64,000 nt of DNA from a candidate division FCPU426 bacterium (GCA_963771075.1 CAVYSE010000005.1:32001-96000), one strand, 5' to 3'; counted from the first letter of the stretch, positions 1 through 10,769 are shown. Program-made: numbers and translations. Notes: generated by a model from the letters alone, not told the origin.

Positions 1-1
1 C

Positions 2-1900
2 ATTGGGATTCGGTTCCGCGGCCAGCCCGCCACCATGGTCATCTTGCGCGATATCGCGGAACGGAAAAAGGCGGAAGATGCACTTCGCCGGTCGGAGGCC
101 AAGTTCCGGAGCCTTATCGATAATTCCTACGATCTCATCACAGTCGTGGACCGGGAAGGAAGGAGAATTTACGAGAGTCCCTCCCTGGAAAGGGTTTTAG
201 GGTACAAGCCTGGGGAAAGGCGAGGGGTTACCTTCGATACCCAACCGCCCGAGGACCAGGAAAAGGCACAGGCACTATTTAAAACAGTCTTGGCAAATCC
301 GGGGTTGCCCATTCAGGCGCAACTGAAGGCGCGCAGGAAAGACGGGAGAATGATCGAGGCGGATATGGTCCTTACCAACCTGTTGGAGAACCCGGCGGTA
401 GGCGGAATCGTCATTAATGCCCGTGATGTGACCGATCAAAAAAGGGCGGAAGTCGCCCTCCGGCAATCGGAAGCGAAATTCCGCAGTATGATCGAGAATT
501 CCCACGACCTCATTACGATCGTGGACGCCAATGGGAACCGTATTTACGAGAGCCCCACGATTTCAAAGGTCCTGGGCTATGAAGTCGGCGAGCGGCAGGG
601 AAACGCCTTTGAGTACCAGGCGCCGGAGGACTTGGAAGAAAATCGGAGATTATTCACCGAGGTTTTGGCGCATCCCGGGGTTCCCTATAAGACTGAAACC
701 AAGTTTAGGCATAAAGAGGGGCATTTTATCCGCGCGGAGGTGGTCCTCACGAATCTTTTGGATGACCCCGCGGTGAAAGGGATCGTGGTCAACAGCCGGG
801 ATGTGACGGATAAGTTGAAAGCCCAAGAGGCCCTACGCCATTCCGAGGAATATTTCCGGAACCTCATCGAGAATTCGAACGATGTCATCTCCCTGGTGGA
901 GGCCGACATGAAAACGCGCTATGTCAGCCCCTCGCTGAAAAAGGTCATGGGTTACGAGTCGGAAGAGAGGGCGGGGAAAAGCTTCCTGGATCTCATCCAT
1001 CCCGAGGACCGGCCCGTGGTGGTGAAACGGTTCGCGAAATTCATGGCCCAACACGGCGCGACCGATACCCTGGAGGTAAGGGCCCTCCACAAAAACGGCA
1101 CCTACCGGCATGTGGAGGCCATCGCCACCAACCTTCTTCATCACCCGGTGATGAAGGCGATTATTTTCAATTATCGTGACGTCACGGAACGGAAGCAGGC
1201 CGAGCAAACTTTGATGAAATTTGAGCGTCTTTCCGCAATCGGCCAGATGGCGGCCGGCATGGCCCATGAAATCCGCAACCCCCTGTCCGCGATCTCCACC
1301 GCCGGCCAGATCCTGAAGCGAAGGGAGGAAAAGACGGGCGAGAAGGGTTTCGGGGAAATGATCGTGGAAAACTCCGAGCGCCTCGAGCGGCTCATCCAGG
1401 ACACCCTGGGCTATGCCCGCAGCGAAAAAACAGTTCCCCAGGAGGCCTTTCCCCTGACGCCCTTGTTGGAAAGCGCGGCGCGTCTTACCCAGATCCAGTT
1501 CGGCCCCTCCCATAAGACGATTAAGGTGGAATGGAAGCTTCCCCCCGACCCACTGACCGTTTTCGCCCCCCCCCAACGCATTCAGCAAATCATGATGAAT
1601 CTCATCTTGAACGCCTACCAAAGCATGGCCCCGGGCGGGACCTTGACTTTGGAATTGAAAAAAGAGGGGGATTGGGCGCTCATCCGGGTGAGGGACACCG
1701 GCCCCGGCATCAAGGACGTGGATATGGCCCGCCTTTTTGAGCCCTTTTTCACAACCAAAGAGACCGGTTCGGGATTAGGATTAGCCTTAAGCCAGAGGAT
1801 CGCGAAGGAATGTGGCGGGGAAATAAAGGCCGAGAATGGGACCCCGACGGGATCGATATTCACGCTGTGGCTGCCCTTATCTAAGGAAATAAAGGTATGA
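2..1900 (+). CDS. Multi-PAS sensor histidine kinase (5' end lies before the window)
   Basis: Frame is open from position 2. Three PAS/PAC repeats ending D[VI]TD/ERK, H-box AHEIRNPL, N box NLILNA, G boxes DTGPGI and GSGLGL. Confidence 0.93.
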   Translation: MGIRFRGQPATMVILRDIAERKKAEDALRRSEAKFRSLIDNSYDLITVVDREGRRIYESPSLERVLGYKPGERRGVTFDTQPPEDQEKAQALFKTVLANPGLPIQAQLKARRKDGRMIEADMVLTNLLENPAVGGIVINARDVTDQKRAEVALRQSEAKFRSMIENSHDLITIVDANGNRIYESPTISKVLGYEVGERQGNAFEYQAPEDLEENRRLFTEVLAHPGVPYKTETKFRHKEGHFIRAEVVLTNLLDDPAVKGIVVNSRDVTDKLKAQEALRHSEEYFRNLIENSNDVISLVEADMKTRYVSPSLKKVMGYESEERAGKSFLDLIHPEDRPVVVKRFAKFMAQHGATDTLEVRALHKNGTYRHVEAIATNLLHHPVMKAIIFNYRDVTERKQAEQTLMKFERLSAIGQMAAGMAHEIRNPLSAISTAGQILKRREEKTGEKGFGEMIVENSERLERLIQDTLGYARSEKTVPQEAFPLTPLLESAARLTQIQFGPSHKTIKVEWKLPPDPLTVFAPPQRIQQIMMNLILNAYQSMAPGGTLTLELKKEGDWALIRVRDTGPGIKDVDMARLFEPFFTTKETGSGLGLALSQRIAKECGGEIKAENGTPTGSIFTLWLPLSKEIKV

Positions 1901-3243
1901 AAATCCTTTTAGTGGATGACGAGAAGTCCATCCGGGAATTGATGATCACCCTTTTGGCCGAATGGGGGCATGAGGTGAGGACGGCCGCCTCGGTGGGCGA
2001 GGGATTGGAACAGGCGGAGGCCTTCAAACCCGAGCTGGTGCTTTTGGACGTGCACCTTCCGGACGGCACGGGCCTGGAATTCCTGAAAGTCATTACCACC
2101 ACCCAACCCTCCACCTCCATCGTCATGATCACGGCCAATGTGGATATCAAGGTGGCCGTGGAGGCCATCAAAAGGGGCGCGGAGGATTACTTGGCCAAGC
2201 CCCTGGACTTGGACGAGCTGGAACTCCTGATCCAACAAATCGAGGAACGGCGGGGCCTGCGGCGGGATGTGGCAGCCCTGAAAAACCACCACAAGGAACT
2301 TTACCGCAAGGATTACCTCTTTTTATCCGATCCCGCCATGAAAAAGGTTTATGAACAGATCGACCAGGCGGCCCAGCACGCTTCGGTGACGGTCCTGATC
2401 CTGGGGGAAACGGGTACGGGCAAGGAACACGTCGCCAAATTGATCCACGTGCTCTCCGCCCGGACTTCGGCGCCCTTCATGGAACTCCATTGCGGGGCCA
2501 TGCCGGAAAACCTGCTGGAGTCCGAACTTTTTGGCTACGAGCCGGGGGCCTTTACCGATGCCCGCAAGTCCAAACCGGGTTTGTTCGAATTGGCCCATCG
2601 GGGCACCATTTTCCTGGACGAGGTCGGCGAATTGCCCCTGACCGTTCAAACGAAACTCTTAAAGGTATTGGAACAAAAGACATTGCGCCGGTTGGGAGGC
2701 GTCCAGGAGATCAAAATCGACGTAAGGGTAGTGGCCGCCACGAACCGGGACCTGGGCCGGGAGGTGAAGGAAGGCCGTTTCCGGGCCGACCTTTACTACC
2801 GACTGAATGTGGCCAACATCAACCTTCCGCCCTTGCATTCCCGCCCCGAGGATATCAAGGGTTTGGCCCAATTCTTTTACACCGACTTGTCCAATCTCTT
2901 CGGAAAAAAGATGAGGCCCCTGACCCCGGCGGTGATGGACGCATTGGTGGCCTATTCCTGGCCGGGGAACGTGCGCGAATTGAAGAATGTCATGGAAAGG
3001 GCCATCCTCTACTCCAAGGGCCCCGTCCTTACCTTGGATGATCTGCCCCCGGAAGTCTTGCGTCCCCCCGAGTCCAAGGAGGAAGGGGCTCCCGGCCGGT
3101 CGATGAGCAAGGAAGAAGCCGAAAAAGAAAATATCCGGCTTGCGCTGGAGACCTTCGGCGGCCACAAGACCAAAGTGGCCAAACACCTGGGTGTTAGCCG
3201 TACGACACTCCTGGCCAAGATCAAAAAATACCATTTGGGATAG
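1897..3243 (+). CDS. NtrC-family sigma54-dependent response regulator (REC-AAA+-Fis HTH)
   Basis: Receiver (LVDDE, LLDVHLPD), Walker A GETGTGKE, ESELFG, GAFTDA, FLDEVGE, WPGNVREL, C-terminal HTH; overlaps the kinase stop (ATGA). Confidence 0.95.
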   Translation: MKILLVDDEKSIRELMITLLAEWGHEVRTAASVGEGLEQAEAFKPELVLLDVHLPDGTGLEFLKVITTTQPSTSIVMITANVDIKVAVEAIKRGAEDYLAKPLDLDELELLIQQIEERRGLRRDVAALKNHHKELYRKDYLFLSDPAMKKVYEQIDQAAQHASVTVLILGETGTGKEHVAKLIHVLSARTSAPFMELHCGAMPENLLESELFGYEPGAFTDARKSKPGLFELAHRGTIFLDEVGELPLTVQTKLLKVLEQKTLRRLGGVQEIKIDVRVVAATNRDLGREVKEGRFRADLYYRLNVANINLPPLHSRPEDIKGLAQFFYTDLSNLFGKKMRPLTPAVMDALVAYSWPGNVRELKNVMERAILYSKGPVLTLDDLPPEVLRPPESKEEGAPGRSMSKEEAEKENIRLALETFGGHKTKVAKHLGVSRTTLLAKIKKYHLG

Positions 3244-3423
3244 GTTTTTTTCTTTCGGTTTTGACCTCTCCCGGTGGAAAAAGTGAGTCGAAATTAGGGC
3301 CCGTAGGAACCCAGGTTCATTATTTTCCCGAATATGACATGAAACAGAAATAGCTTTGTCATCCAAGTGTAAATTGTTCACTTTGCTCGAGCTCTTATTT
3401 CCATTTTCATCAAAGGACCGGCC

Positions 3424-4374
3424 ATGTTTCGCAAGGAAATCAAGGTTTTGGATTGCACCATCCGCGACGGTGGATTGATCAATAATTACCAGTTCTCCGA
3501 GAGTTTCGTGAAGGCCGTTTATGCCGCTGTCGCCGACGCGGGAGTGGACATCATCGAGCTGGGAAAGAAATTGGTGGAGAGCGACGAATACCCCCGGTCC
3601 AAATTCGGCCCCTGGAATTATTGCGACGAGGAACTTTTAAAGCGGATCGTTGGAAGTTACAAGGGAAGCTCCCACCCCCAAGTGGCCGTCATGTTCGACA
3701 TCGGGCGCATTGATTTGAAGGGCATGGTCGCTAAAAAAGACAGTCCAGTGGACATGATCCGCACGGCCTGTTACGTGCCCCAGATCGACAAGGCCCTGGA
3801 CGCGGTCAAACGGTCGAAGGACCAGGGTTACCAAACATCGCTCAACATCATGGCGGTTTCTGCGGCTATCGAGACCGAACTCAACGAGGCCTTGGAGGAC
3901 GTGTCCAAAGCGCCCGAGGTGGATTGTCTTTACCTGGTGGACACCTATGGGGCCTTTTATTCCGAGCAGATCACCTACTACCTGGAACTCTATAAAAAAT
4001 ACGTTCCGGTCGCGAAATTGGGCTTCCACGGCCACAACAATATCCAATTGGCCTATGCCAATACCCAGCAGTGCATCATTGAGGGCGTGAACATGCTCGA
4101 CGCCACGATCAATGGGATGGGGCGGGGCGCTGGCAATTGCCCCCTGGAGCTGCTGTTGGGATTTTTAAAGAACCCCAAATTCAATGTTCTGCCCATTTTC
4201 AAGGTCATTCAGGAGCAATTTGTGCCCCTGCGCAAAGAGATGGAGTGGGGTTTCAATGATATTTACTGCATTTCCGGGTTGCTCAACCAGCATCCCCGCG
4301 ACGCGATCAAGTGGCGTGAGGACAAAGGGAAGATGGAGAATTGTTACGACTTTTACTTGGAAAGTTCCAGCTAG
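3424..4374 (+). CDS. HMGL-like (DRE-TIM) aldolase catalytic-domain protein
   Basis: DCTIRDGG, GFHGHNN and GMGRGAGN motifs. Confidence 0.85.
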   Translation: MFRKEIKVLDCTIRDGGLINNYQFSESFVKAVYAAVADAGVDIIELGKKLVESDEYPRSKFGPWNYCDEELLKRIVGSYKGSSHPQVAVMFDIGRIDLKGMVAKKDSPVDMIRTACYVPQIDKALDAVKRSKDQGYQTSLNIMAVSAAIETELNEALEDVSKAPEVDCLYLVDTYGAFYSEQITYYLELYKKYVPVAKLGFHGHNNIQLAYANTQQCIIEGVNMLDATINGMGRGAGNCPLELLLGFLKNPKFNVLPIFKVIQEQFVPLRKEMEWGFNDIYCISGLLNQHPRDAIKWREDKGKMENCYDFYLESSS

Positions 4375-4398
4375 AACCAGGAATAATGGTCCCGCCCA

Positions 4399-4442
4399 AA
4401 AAGGCATGACCCAATCCTTGGGGTTATGCCTTTTGTGTTTTT
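4399..4442 (+). terminator. Probable intrinsic terminator
   Basis: AAAAGGCATGACCCAA-TCC-TTGGGTTATGCCTTTT hairpin followed by a T-rich tract. Confidence 0.75.
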
Positions 4443-4723
4443 AGGCTCTATCAAAGGCTTTTACCAGGGGTCCCCTTTGGCGGTCACTGAGGCAAAGTAA
4501 AAAAATATAAATTTATCCCCAAATCTTTGATTCTTTCGTCAGTGCGTGTCTGTCCCCCTTTTGCTTAAGGGACCAAAAAAATCGGGAATCGCCGAATTTT
4601 GACGGTTGATCTTAGTCCTTCCCCCAACCAAAAACTGGACATCTAAAACTCAGTTTGGGTCATTTGCCCACTTTAAGATTCTCATGAAAACGTTTTTTTC
4701 CCCGCTTGTGTCATGCTGCGTGC

Positions 4724-4738
4724 TGGCACGTCCCTTGC
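4724..4738 (+). promoter_or_regulatory. sigma54 (-24/-12) promoter
   Basis: TGGCAC-GTCCC-TTGC, exact match to TGGCAC-N5-TTGC, 38 nt upstream of the ORF at 4777. Confidence 0.8.
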
Positions 4739-4776
4739 GATAACAGCCCATAACTTTTTCTGAGTATCAGGAGGGA

Positions 4777-5160
4777 ATGAATGCCGTGTCGATCCGTTTG
4801 TATTGTGTTTCCCGCGAATCGGGGAAAAGCATGACCCAATTCACGCGCAGGGAAGCGATCGTCAAACTTTTAAGGGAACTCAACAGTTTGGGGGCCAAAC
4901 TTATCTTTCGAAAGCCCAACTCCCATGAGGATACCCTTAAATTGATCGCCCTTTACCAGGTCTGGAGCCAGGTGGCGGCGGATGTGGCGGGGGAATGGGC
5001 AAAATCGAACTATGAATTGGCCAAACAATTGGTGGCGGACATGAAGGAGAACGATTCGCCCGAATCGGCCTTGAACCGGCTAACCTTGGCCTTGGCCATG
5101 GCGACCCAACACCTGGAACAGGAATTGGAAACCATCGTTCGTGATTTCAAGGACCCCTAA
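4777..5160 (+). CDS. Hypothetical helical protein, paralogous to the CheA N-terminal extension
   Basis: RBS GGAGGG; aligns by eye with CheA residues 1-105 (REA..KL..EL..LG.KL, TLKL..LY..WSQVA..V.G.WA). Confidence 0.75.
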   Translation: MNAVSIRLYCVSRESGKSMTQFTRREAIVKLLRELNSLGAKLIFRKPNSHEDTLKLIALYQVWSQVAADVAGEWAKSNYELAKQLVADMKENDSPESALNRLTLALAMATQHLEQELETIVRDFKDP

Positions 5161-5456
5161 CGCAAACCCATTCATTTGAAACCATTTTGGGTTCGGGAAT
5201 TCGCCCATCGTCGCGGGGTGATAGGTTTTCCACTCGGAAGGCTGGGCAAGCGAATCTTAACCCTGTGGGGCCCCGGGCTTGAACGGGAGAATCCACCAAA
5301 CCGTTCATCTGTGTCTCTGTGGTTAAAGGTGTTTTTGCCACGGTCCTAAAATTTTAGGCGTTCAGAAACTGGACGGGCGTACAGCACCTGAACAATGAAT
5401 TGCCCCGATATTTTAAAAATTCTCTTTTTTAACCATCAAAAAGGCCAAGATGAATT

Positions 5457-5471
5457 TGGCATAAGGTTTGC
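5457..5471 (+). promoter_or_regulatory. sigma54 (-24/-12) promoter of the che operon
   Basis: TGGCAT-AAGGT-TTGC, upstream of the ATG at 5515. Confidence 0.7.
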
Positions 5472-5514
5472 GTTAGGACTATTCCGCCATTTTAAAAATG
5501 CTCGGGAGAACTCT

Positions 5515-6003
5515 ATGACGCCTTATCCAGTCAAACCCCAGAAGCGGGAAGAACATCCCCCCGCCGAGATGAACGCCTTGATGGAAGCCATGCGTTACGT
5601 ATTGGAAACCTGGTCCTACCTACCTTCCGGGCATATTGGACAGCCGGTGGAAGGGCCGGCCAAGCTGGGCATGGAAAGGTCCGTCCGAATTACCGGCCGG
5701 GCCAACGCTTTTCTCAACCTTCGCACCCTTCCCGAACTGGGTTCAATTCTTTACCAATATGCCCGCGGGGAAGAAGGAGGCCAGGAAGGGGCGGAGGACG
5801 CCTTTAACGAGTTCGTGAACATCTATTGCGGGCACCTGATGACCTATCTTTGGGGCAAAGACCGGGCCCAATTCAATCCCTACCTGCCTGTCCCAAGCAC
5901 CCCGAAGGACTGGCCCTCCGGGCCGCCTTCCGCGGCCTGTGTCTTTATTACGGAGGACATTCCACTGGAGGTCCGTTTGTGGATCGAACGGGAAACGGCT
6001 TGA
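5515..6003 (+). CDS. CheX/CheC-like protein
   Basis: EDAFNEFVNIYCGHL resembles the CheX E-x-x-N motif; first gene of the che operon. Start set at 5515 (RBS GGGAGA, downstream of the sigma54 site). Confidence 0.65.
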   Translation: MTPYPVKPQKREEHPPAEMNALMEAMRYVLETWSYLPSGHIGQPVEGPAKLGMERSVRITGRANAFLNLRTLPELGSILYQYARGEEGGQEGAEDAFNEFVNIYCGHLMTYLWGKDRAQFNPYLPVPSTPKDWPSGPPSAACVFITEDIPLEVRLWIERETA

Positions 6004-6004
6004 A

Positions 6005-8020
6005 ATGAATCGAAACGCCCACCGCGAAGCGCAAATCAAGCTCGAAAAAGAGCTTTCCCACCTGGGTGAGAAGTTGATGGCGTCGAAAGGCGCCACGGTG
6101 GAGGAAACCTTGAAATTGGCCTCCCTTTACCATACCTGGAGTCAGGTGGCCTCGCAGGTTTGCGGGGGCTGGGCGCACGAGAACCAGGTCATGTCCCAGA
6201 TGATCGTAAAAGGGCTGGAGGCGGGCCGCCCGGTGACGGCGGTTTTGGAACGTCTTTCCCAGGCCATGACCGAGGCGTCCCAAAATTTGGAGATGGAAAT
6301 CGCCGGGATCGTAATGGCGGCTGAGAATCAACCGTCCCTAGACCCGGCGGATGCCGTGGGAAGTGAAGACTTCACCATCGGGGAAGATAACCTGGACGGG
6401 TTCAATGATTTCGTGACGGAAGCGCCCGAACACCTGGAAGCCATCGAGCGCAATCTCCTCTCCCTTTCCCAAGAGGGTAAGGGCGATGTTTTAGCGGTGT
6501 TTCGCGCCTTTCATACCCTCAAGGGCATTTCGGGTTTTATGGGGTTGACCCAGCTCTCCGCCTTGAGCCACAAGGCGGAGGCGATGCTGGAACCTTTCAA
6601 GCAAGGCCAGGGCCGCCCCACCGAGAAACAATTGGATTGGCTTCTTCGGGTTTGCGACCAGGTTCGGGAACAGGTGAAGGCGATCCACCAAGGCATTCCT
6701 TCCCGTCGTTTTAAGGTGTTCCCCTTTGAGGGGCTTTTTCAATCCGGGCAAGGCCCATCGGCGTCCAGTCCGTCGGCCGAAACCCCGTCCAACGGCGACC
6801 GTGCCGGCGATAACCATTGGGAGGATGCCCGATCGGGCGACGCGTCGATACGGATCAATGTGGAAAAAATGGACATGCTCTTGGAGGCGGTGGGGGAACT
6901 GGCCATTTGCCAGAGCCAGGTTACCGAGGGCATCCTCGATTCCGGCGTTTTGGGCCATTTGGCGGGCGAAGCTTCCCGTTTATCCAAAATTTCCCGCCTG
7001 CTGCAGGAAATCATCCTCTCCCTTCGGATGGTGCCCGTTCACCCGCTGTTCCAGCGCATGAGCCGTTTGGGACGGGACCTTTCCAAAAAAACCGGAAAAC
7101 TCCTGCGTGTTGAGGTCGAGGGCGGGGAAACGGAATTGGACAAGCGCATGGTGGAGGAACTGGTCGATCCCCTGGTCCACCTGATCCGCAACGCCGTGGA
7201 CCACGGTATCGAGGACGCCCAGACGAGGTCGAAAGCGGGAAAACCCGCCGAGGCCCGGGTGGCCTTATGGGCGGGCCACCAGGGCGGGGATTTCATCCTG
7301 AAACTGGAAGACGACGGAGCGGGGTTGAATTTCGGGAAGATCACGGGCAAAGCCCGCCAGGCGGGTTACCTGGGCCCCAACGAGACGCCGACCCAGGACC
7401 AGCTCATTGAGTTCCTGTTCCGCCCGGGCTTTTCAACCGCCGATCAGGTGACCGAATATTCGGGCCGTGGGGTGGGCCTGGACGTGGTTCGCCGAAAGAT
7501 ACAGACCCTCCGGGGCACGATTGTCCTGGAGACCGAACCGGGTAAGGGGACCACTTTCAAACTACGCATTCCCCTTACTTTGGCCCTCATGGAGGCGGTT
7601 TTGGTTCGCGTCGGCAAGGAACGTTTTGTCCTGCCGGCGGCCCAGGTGATGGGTTTCCTGGCCTTGGACGAGACCGAGGAGCACTCCGTGGGCCGGGGGG
7701 CCAAGTGGCTCCACTCCCGGCAGGGACAGTGGCCCCTCATCGACCTGGAAAAAACATTCGGGGACCGGGCGGCCGCCCCAAGGCGGGGCCTGTCCCGCCA
7801 ATCGGTTGTGGTGCAGGTGGAGGCGGAAGGTCAAAGGGCCTGTCTGGTGGTGGATGAGGTGCTGGGCAAGCGCCAAGTGGTTTTGAAGGAATTGGGGGAA
7901 GCGCTTCATGCAATGCGGGGCGTGTTGGGGGGGGCCATCTTGGGCGATGGGAAGGTCGGCCTGGTTTTGGATATGGAATTTCTGATCCGGCCGATGTCGG
8001 GTCCGATTTCAATTAATTGA
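6005..8020 (+). CDS. cheA: Chemotaxis histidine kinase CheA with an extra N-terminal domain
   Basis: Hpt FRAFHTLKG, dimerisation domain, HLIRNAVDHGIE, SGRGVGLDVV, C-terminal CheW-like domain. Confidence 0.95.
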   Translation: MNRNAHREAQIKLEKELSHLGEKLMASKGATVEETLKLASLYHTWSQVASQVCGGWAHENQVMSQMIVKGLEAGRPVTAVLERLSQAMTEASQNLEMEIAGIVMAAENQPSLDPADAVGSEDFTIGEDNLDGFNDFVTEAPEHLEAIERNLLSLSQEGKGDVLAVFRAFHTLKGISGFMGLTQLSALSHKAEAMLEPFKQGQGRPTEKQLDWLLRVCDQVREQVKAIHQGIPSRRFKVFPFEGLFQSGQGPSASSPSAETPSNGDRAGDNHWEDARSGDASIRINVEKMDMLLEAVGELAICQSQVTEGILDSGVLGHLAGEASRLSKISRLLQEIILSLRMVPVHPLFQRMSRLGRDLSKKTGKLLRVEVEGGETELDKRMVEELVDPLVHLIRNAVDHGIEDAQTRSKAGKPAEARVALWAGHQGGDFILKLEDDGAGLNFGKITGKARQAGYLGPNETPTQDQLIEFLFRPGFSTADQVTEYSGRGVGLDVVRRKIQTLRGTIVLETEPGKGTTFKLRIPLTLALMEAVLVRVGKERFVLPAAQVMGFLALDETEEHSVGRGAKWLHSRQGQWPLIDLEKTFGDRAAAPRRGLSRQSVVVQVEAEGQRACLVVDEVLGKRQVVLKELGEALHAMRGVLGGAILGDGKVGLVLDMEFLIRPMSGPISIN

Positions 8021-8036
8021 AGGGGAGCGTTTAAAA

Positions 8037-8513
8037 ATGGAAAAGACGACGCCAATCATTCAGGGCCGGTACATCTTTTTCGCCATCGCGGGACAAGTCT
8101 ACGGCGTGGGAATACACCATGTCCGGGAGATCGTGGACTCGAAACTTTTGGAGGTGGTGGGGGACTCGTCCCTTTCGATCCGGGGTTATTTGGACCTGCG
8201 CGGAAGGAACATTCCGGTGGTGGATTTGAGGAACAAGTTGGGGATGGAAGATACCCCGATTCATCCTTGGAGCTCCGTTTTAACCATGGTGGCCAAGGGA
8301 TGGGACGGCCCCCTTTGGATGGGGCTGTTGGTGGATGGGGTGGAGCAAGTGGTTCAGGTCGCTTCCACGGACGTGGAGGCGGTTCCGGACATGGAGGAGG
8401 ACCCGAGAGGGCCGTGGCTGATGGGTTTCACCCGGCATCAAGACCGGACGGTTTTGCTGTTGGACCTGGATAAGGTGGCGAAAGAGGAAGTGGAATCGAT
8501 TCAACTCGCATAG
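8037..8513 (+). CDS. cheW: Chemotaxis coupling protein CheW
   Basis: IRGYLDLRGRNIPVVDLR and GLLVDGV. Confidence 0.88.
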   Translation: MEKTTPIIQGRYIFFAIAGQVYGVGIHHVREIVDSKLLEVVGDSSLSIRGYLDLRGRNIPVVDLRNKLGMEDTPIHPWSSVLTMVAKGWDGPLWMGLLVDGVEQVVQVASTDVEAVPDMEEDPRGPWLMGFTRHQDRTVLLLDLDKVAKEEVESIQLA

Positions 8514-8556
8514 GGAGGAATGAAAGATGAAAAGTTTAAATTCGAGGGAGTTGTCC

Positions 8557-10749
8557 ATGAAAAATATCGGAATGATGAGTCTGATCCTGGCCGTGGGGAT
8601 GGCGACCCCCTTGCGGGCACAATTACTGGAAGCCCAAGCGGCTCCCATGCCGCAGAAAACGGCGGTCACCTCGGCGGTGACTCCCGAGCCCGCCGGGACG
8701 GCCCAGGACCTAAGTTCGGAGAGCCTTCAGCAGTTGATGGGGCTGAATGTGGTGGTCTCCTCCTCCTCCAAGAAGGCGGAATCCCTGAGGGACGCTACCT
8801 CGGCCATCTATGTCATCACTCAGGAAGATATCCAGAGAAGCGGGGCCCAGACCGTGCCCGACCTGCTGGCCATGGTGCCAGGCGTGCAGGTCGCCCGCCA
8901 ATCGGCCAACGAATGGGCCATCAGCGCCCGCGGGTTCAACGGCCAATACAACAACAAAATGCTGGTCCTGATCGACGGCCGAAGCGTTTATGACCCGGTC
9001 ATGGGAGGCGTCAACTGGAACCAGCAGGACGTGATGATGGAGGATATCGACCACATCGAAGTCATCCGCGGGCCCGGGGGAACCCTCTGGGGCTCCAACG
9101 CGGTCAACGGCGTGGTGAACATCATCACCAAGGACTCGAAAGTGACCCAGGGTCTTTACCTGGGACTCGGGGCGGGTTCGCCCCTCTATCCCGCGGGAGT
9201 GAGCGGGACCACTTCCCTCAACGGAACGGGCGCCTTCCGCTATGGCGGAAAAATGGCCGACGACCTCTATTACCGCATCTACGGCCAGGTCAATAACGAG
9301 AACCCCTTCGCTAACGCCGAGGAGGCCTATTATTACGAGACCGGTCTGGGGACCGCCTGGAACGACGCCTGGTACGATTACCGGGCCGGGTTGCGGACCG
9401 ATTGGCATGCCGACCAGGACCAGTTCACGCTGGAAGCGGAGGCCCAGAGCGGCCATTTCAACTACGCCCGACTGACCAACAACGTGACCTCTGTCTTCAA
9501 CCCCGAAACCTTTGTCCAGGCCAACGACCTGAATACGGACATCGACCAGAACGCACATCTGCTGGGCCGCTGGACGAGGGATTTCAAGGATGACTCCCAG
9601 ATCCAGGTCTTGGCCTATTACGACTACAACAACCTGACCACGGCCAACGACAACCGAATCACCAACGTGGGACAGGCGGACCTGGAATTCCAACACCGCT
9701 TCCACTTGGGGGGAGTCAACGAGATCACATGGGGAGGCAGCTACCGGAACGTCTCGGACCAGTTTTACAACCCCATCAACTTCGATTACAGCCCGGAAAA
9801 CCAGAACCTGAACATCTATGCCGGTTTCGTCCAAGAAAAGTTGACGATCGAGGAAGCCCGGCTCTATCTGACGGGCGGGGTCAAGCTGGAGAACAACCCC
9901 TACACGGGAAGCGAGTGGCAGCCTTCGGGACGCCTTCTCTGGACGCCGGATGATACCAACAGCGTCTGGACGGCGGTCTCCCGCTCGGTCCGGATCCCGA
10001 CCCAATATTCGGAATCCGCATACACCTATCTTTACGGAATCCCGGCGAACGCCTATGGGCCCGGCACACCGGCGCAGAACACCTATCTGGGAGTGATTCC
10101 CAATTCCACGCTCGTGGCGGAAACACTGGTTTCCTATGAACTGGGCTACCGGACCAACCCCACCCAGGAAACCTCGGTGGATCTGGCCGGTTTTTACAAC
10201 CACTACGACAACCTGGTCTCGTTCCAGAACTACACGGGCCAGCCCGTGAATACCCCCAACGGAGGCGTCATGGACCCTTCCTGGCTCCAGGTTCTGCAGA
10301 TGCAGAACACGGGCGTGGGGAACATCTGGGGAGTGGAACTGGCGGGGCAGTGGAATCCCCTGGCCACCCTGAAGGTGAATGTGTCCTATACCTACCAGGG
10401 CTACGACCAGAACATGATCAACTCCTCCAACGCCGAACTGGGCGCGCCGCCGCCGCACAACCTGGCGAACGCGCGGGTCTATTTCGATCCCATCCAGGGC
10501 CTGGAACTCAACACCAGCTTCTACTACACCGACGCCACCTTCATGTATGACCCCCAATCGGGCAATACCATCACCTCCGACTACGTTCAATGGAACCTGG
10601 GAGCCAGCGTGAAGCCCGCGGATAACCTGGAAATTTCCCTCTGGGGCCTGGACCTGGAAGGGGCCCATGTGGAGACCCTGCAGTCGGCCTTCATTTCGCC
10701 CGCCGAAGTGGTACCGAGCGTTTACGGCAAAGTCGAGCTGCGCTACTAA
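8557..10749 (+). CDS. TonB-dependent receptor (plug plus beta-barrel)
   Basis: Signal peptide, plug motifs (VITQEDI, LVLIDGR, IEVIRGPGGTLWGSNAVNGVVNIITK), C-terminal ELRY. Alternative start at 8527. Confidence 0.9.
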   Translation: MKNIGMMSLILAVGMATPLRAQLLEAQAAPMPQKTAVTSAVTPEPAGTAQDLSSESLQQLMGLNVVVSSSSKKAESLRDATSAIYVITQEDIQRSGAQTVPDLLAMVPGVQVARQSANEWAISARGFNGQYNNKMLVLIDGRSVYDPVMGGVNWNQQDVMMEDIDHIEVIRGPGGTLWGSNAVNGVVNIITKDSKVTQGLYLGLGAGSPLYPAGVSGTTSLNGTGAFRYGGKMADDLYYRIYGQVNNENPFANAEEAYYYETGLGTAWNDAWYDYRAGLRTDWHADQDQFTLEAEAQSGHFNYARLTNNVTSVFNPETFVQANDLNTDIDQNAHLLGRWTRDFKDDSQIQVLAYYDYNNLTTANDNRITNVGQADLEFQHRFHLGGVNEITWGGSYRNVSDQFYNPINFDYSPENQNLNIYAGFVQEKLTIEEARLYLTGGVKLENNPYTGSEWQPSGRLLWTPDDTNSVWTAVSRSVRIPTQYSESAYTYLYGIPANAYGPGTPAQNTYLGVIPNSTLVAETLVSYELGYRTNPTQETSVDLAGFYNHYDNLVSFQNYTGQPVNTPNGGVMDPSWLQVLQMQNTGVGNIWGVELAGQWNPLATLKVNVSYTYQGYDQNMINSSNAELGAPPPHNLANARVYFDPIQGLELNTSFYYTDATFMYDPQSGNTITSDYVQWNLGASVKPADNLEISLWGLDLEGAHVETLQSAFISPAEVVPSVYGKVELRY

Positions 10750-10769
10750 GCGCGGGAAAGGAAAAAACC

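Noticed and set aside
5395..5514. Upstream start of the CheX-like ORF
   Set aside because: Overlaps the sigma54 promoter; the ATG at 5515 has the RBS.
8710..10668. Long antisense ORFs (652 aa here; also 28860-30170 and 11424-12401)
   Set aside because: Shadows of GC3-rich genes on the opposite strand, with no recognisable motifs.
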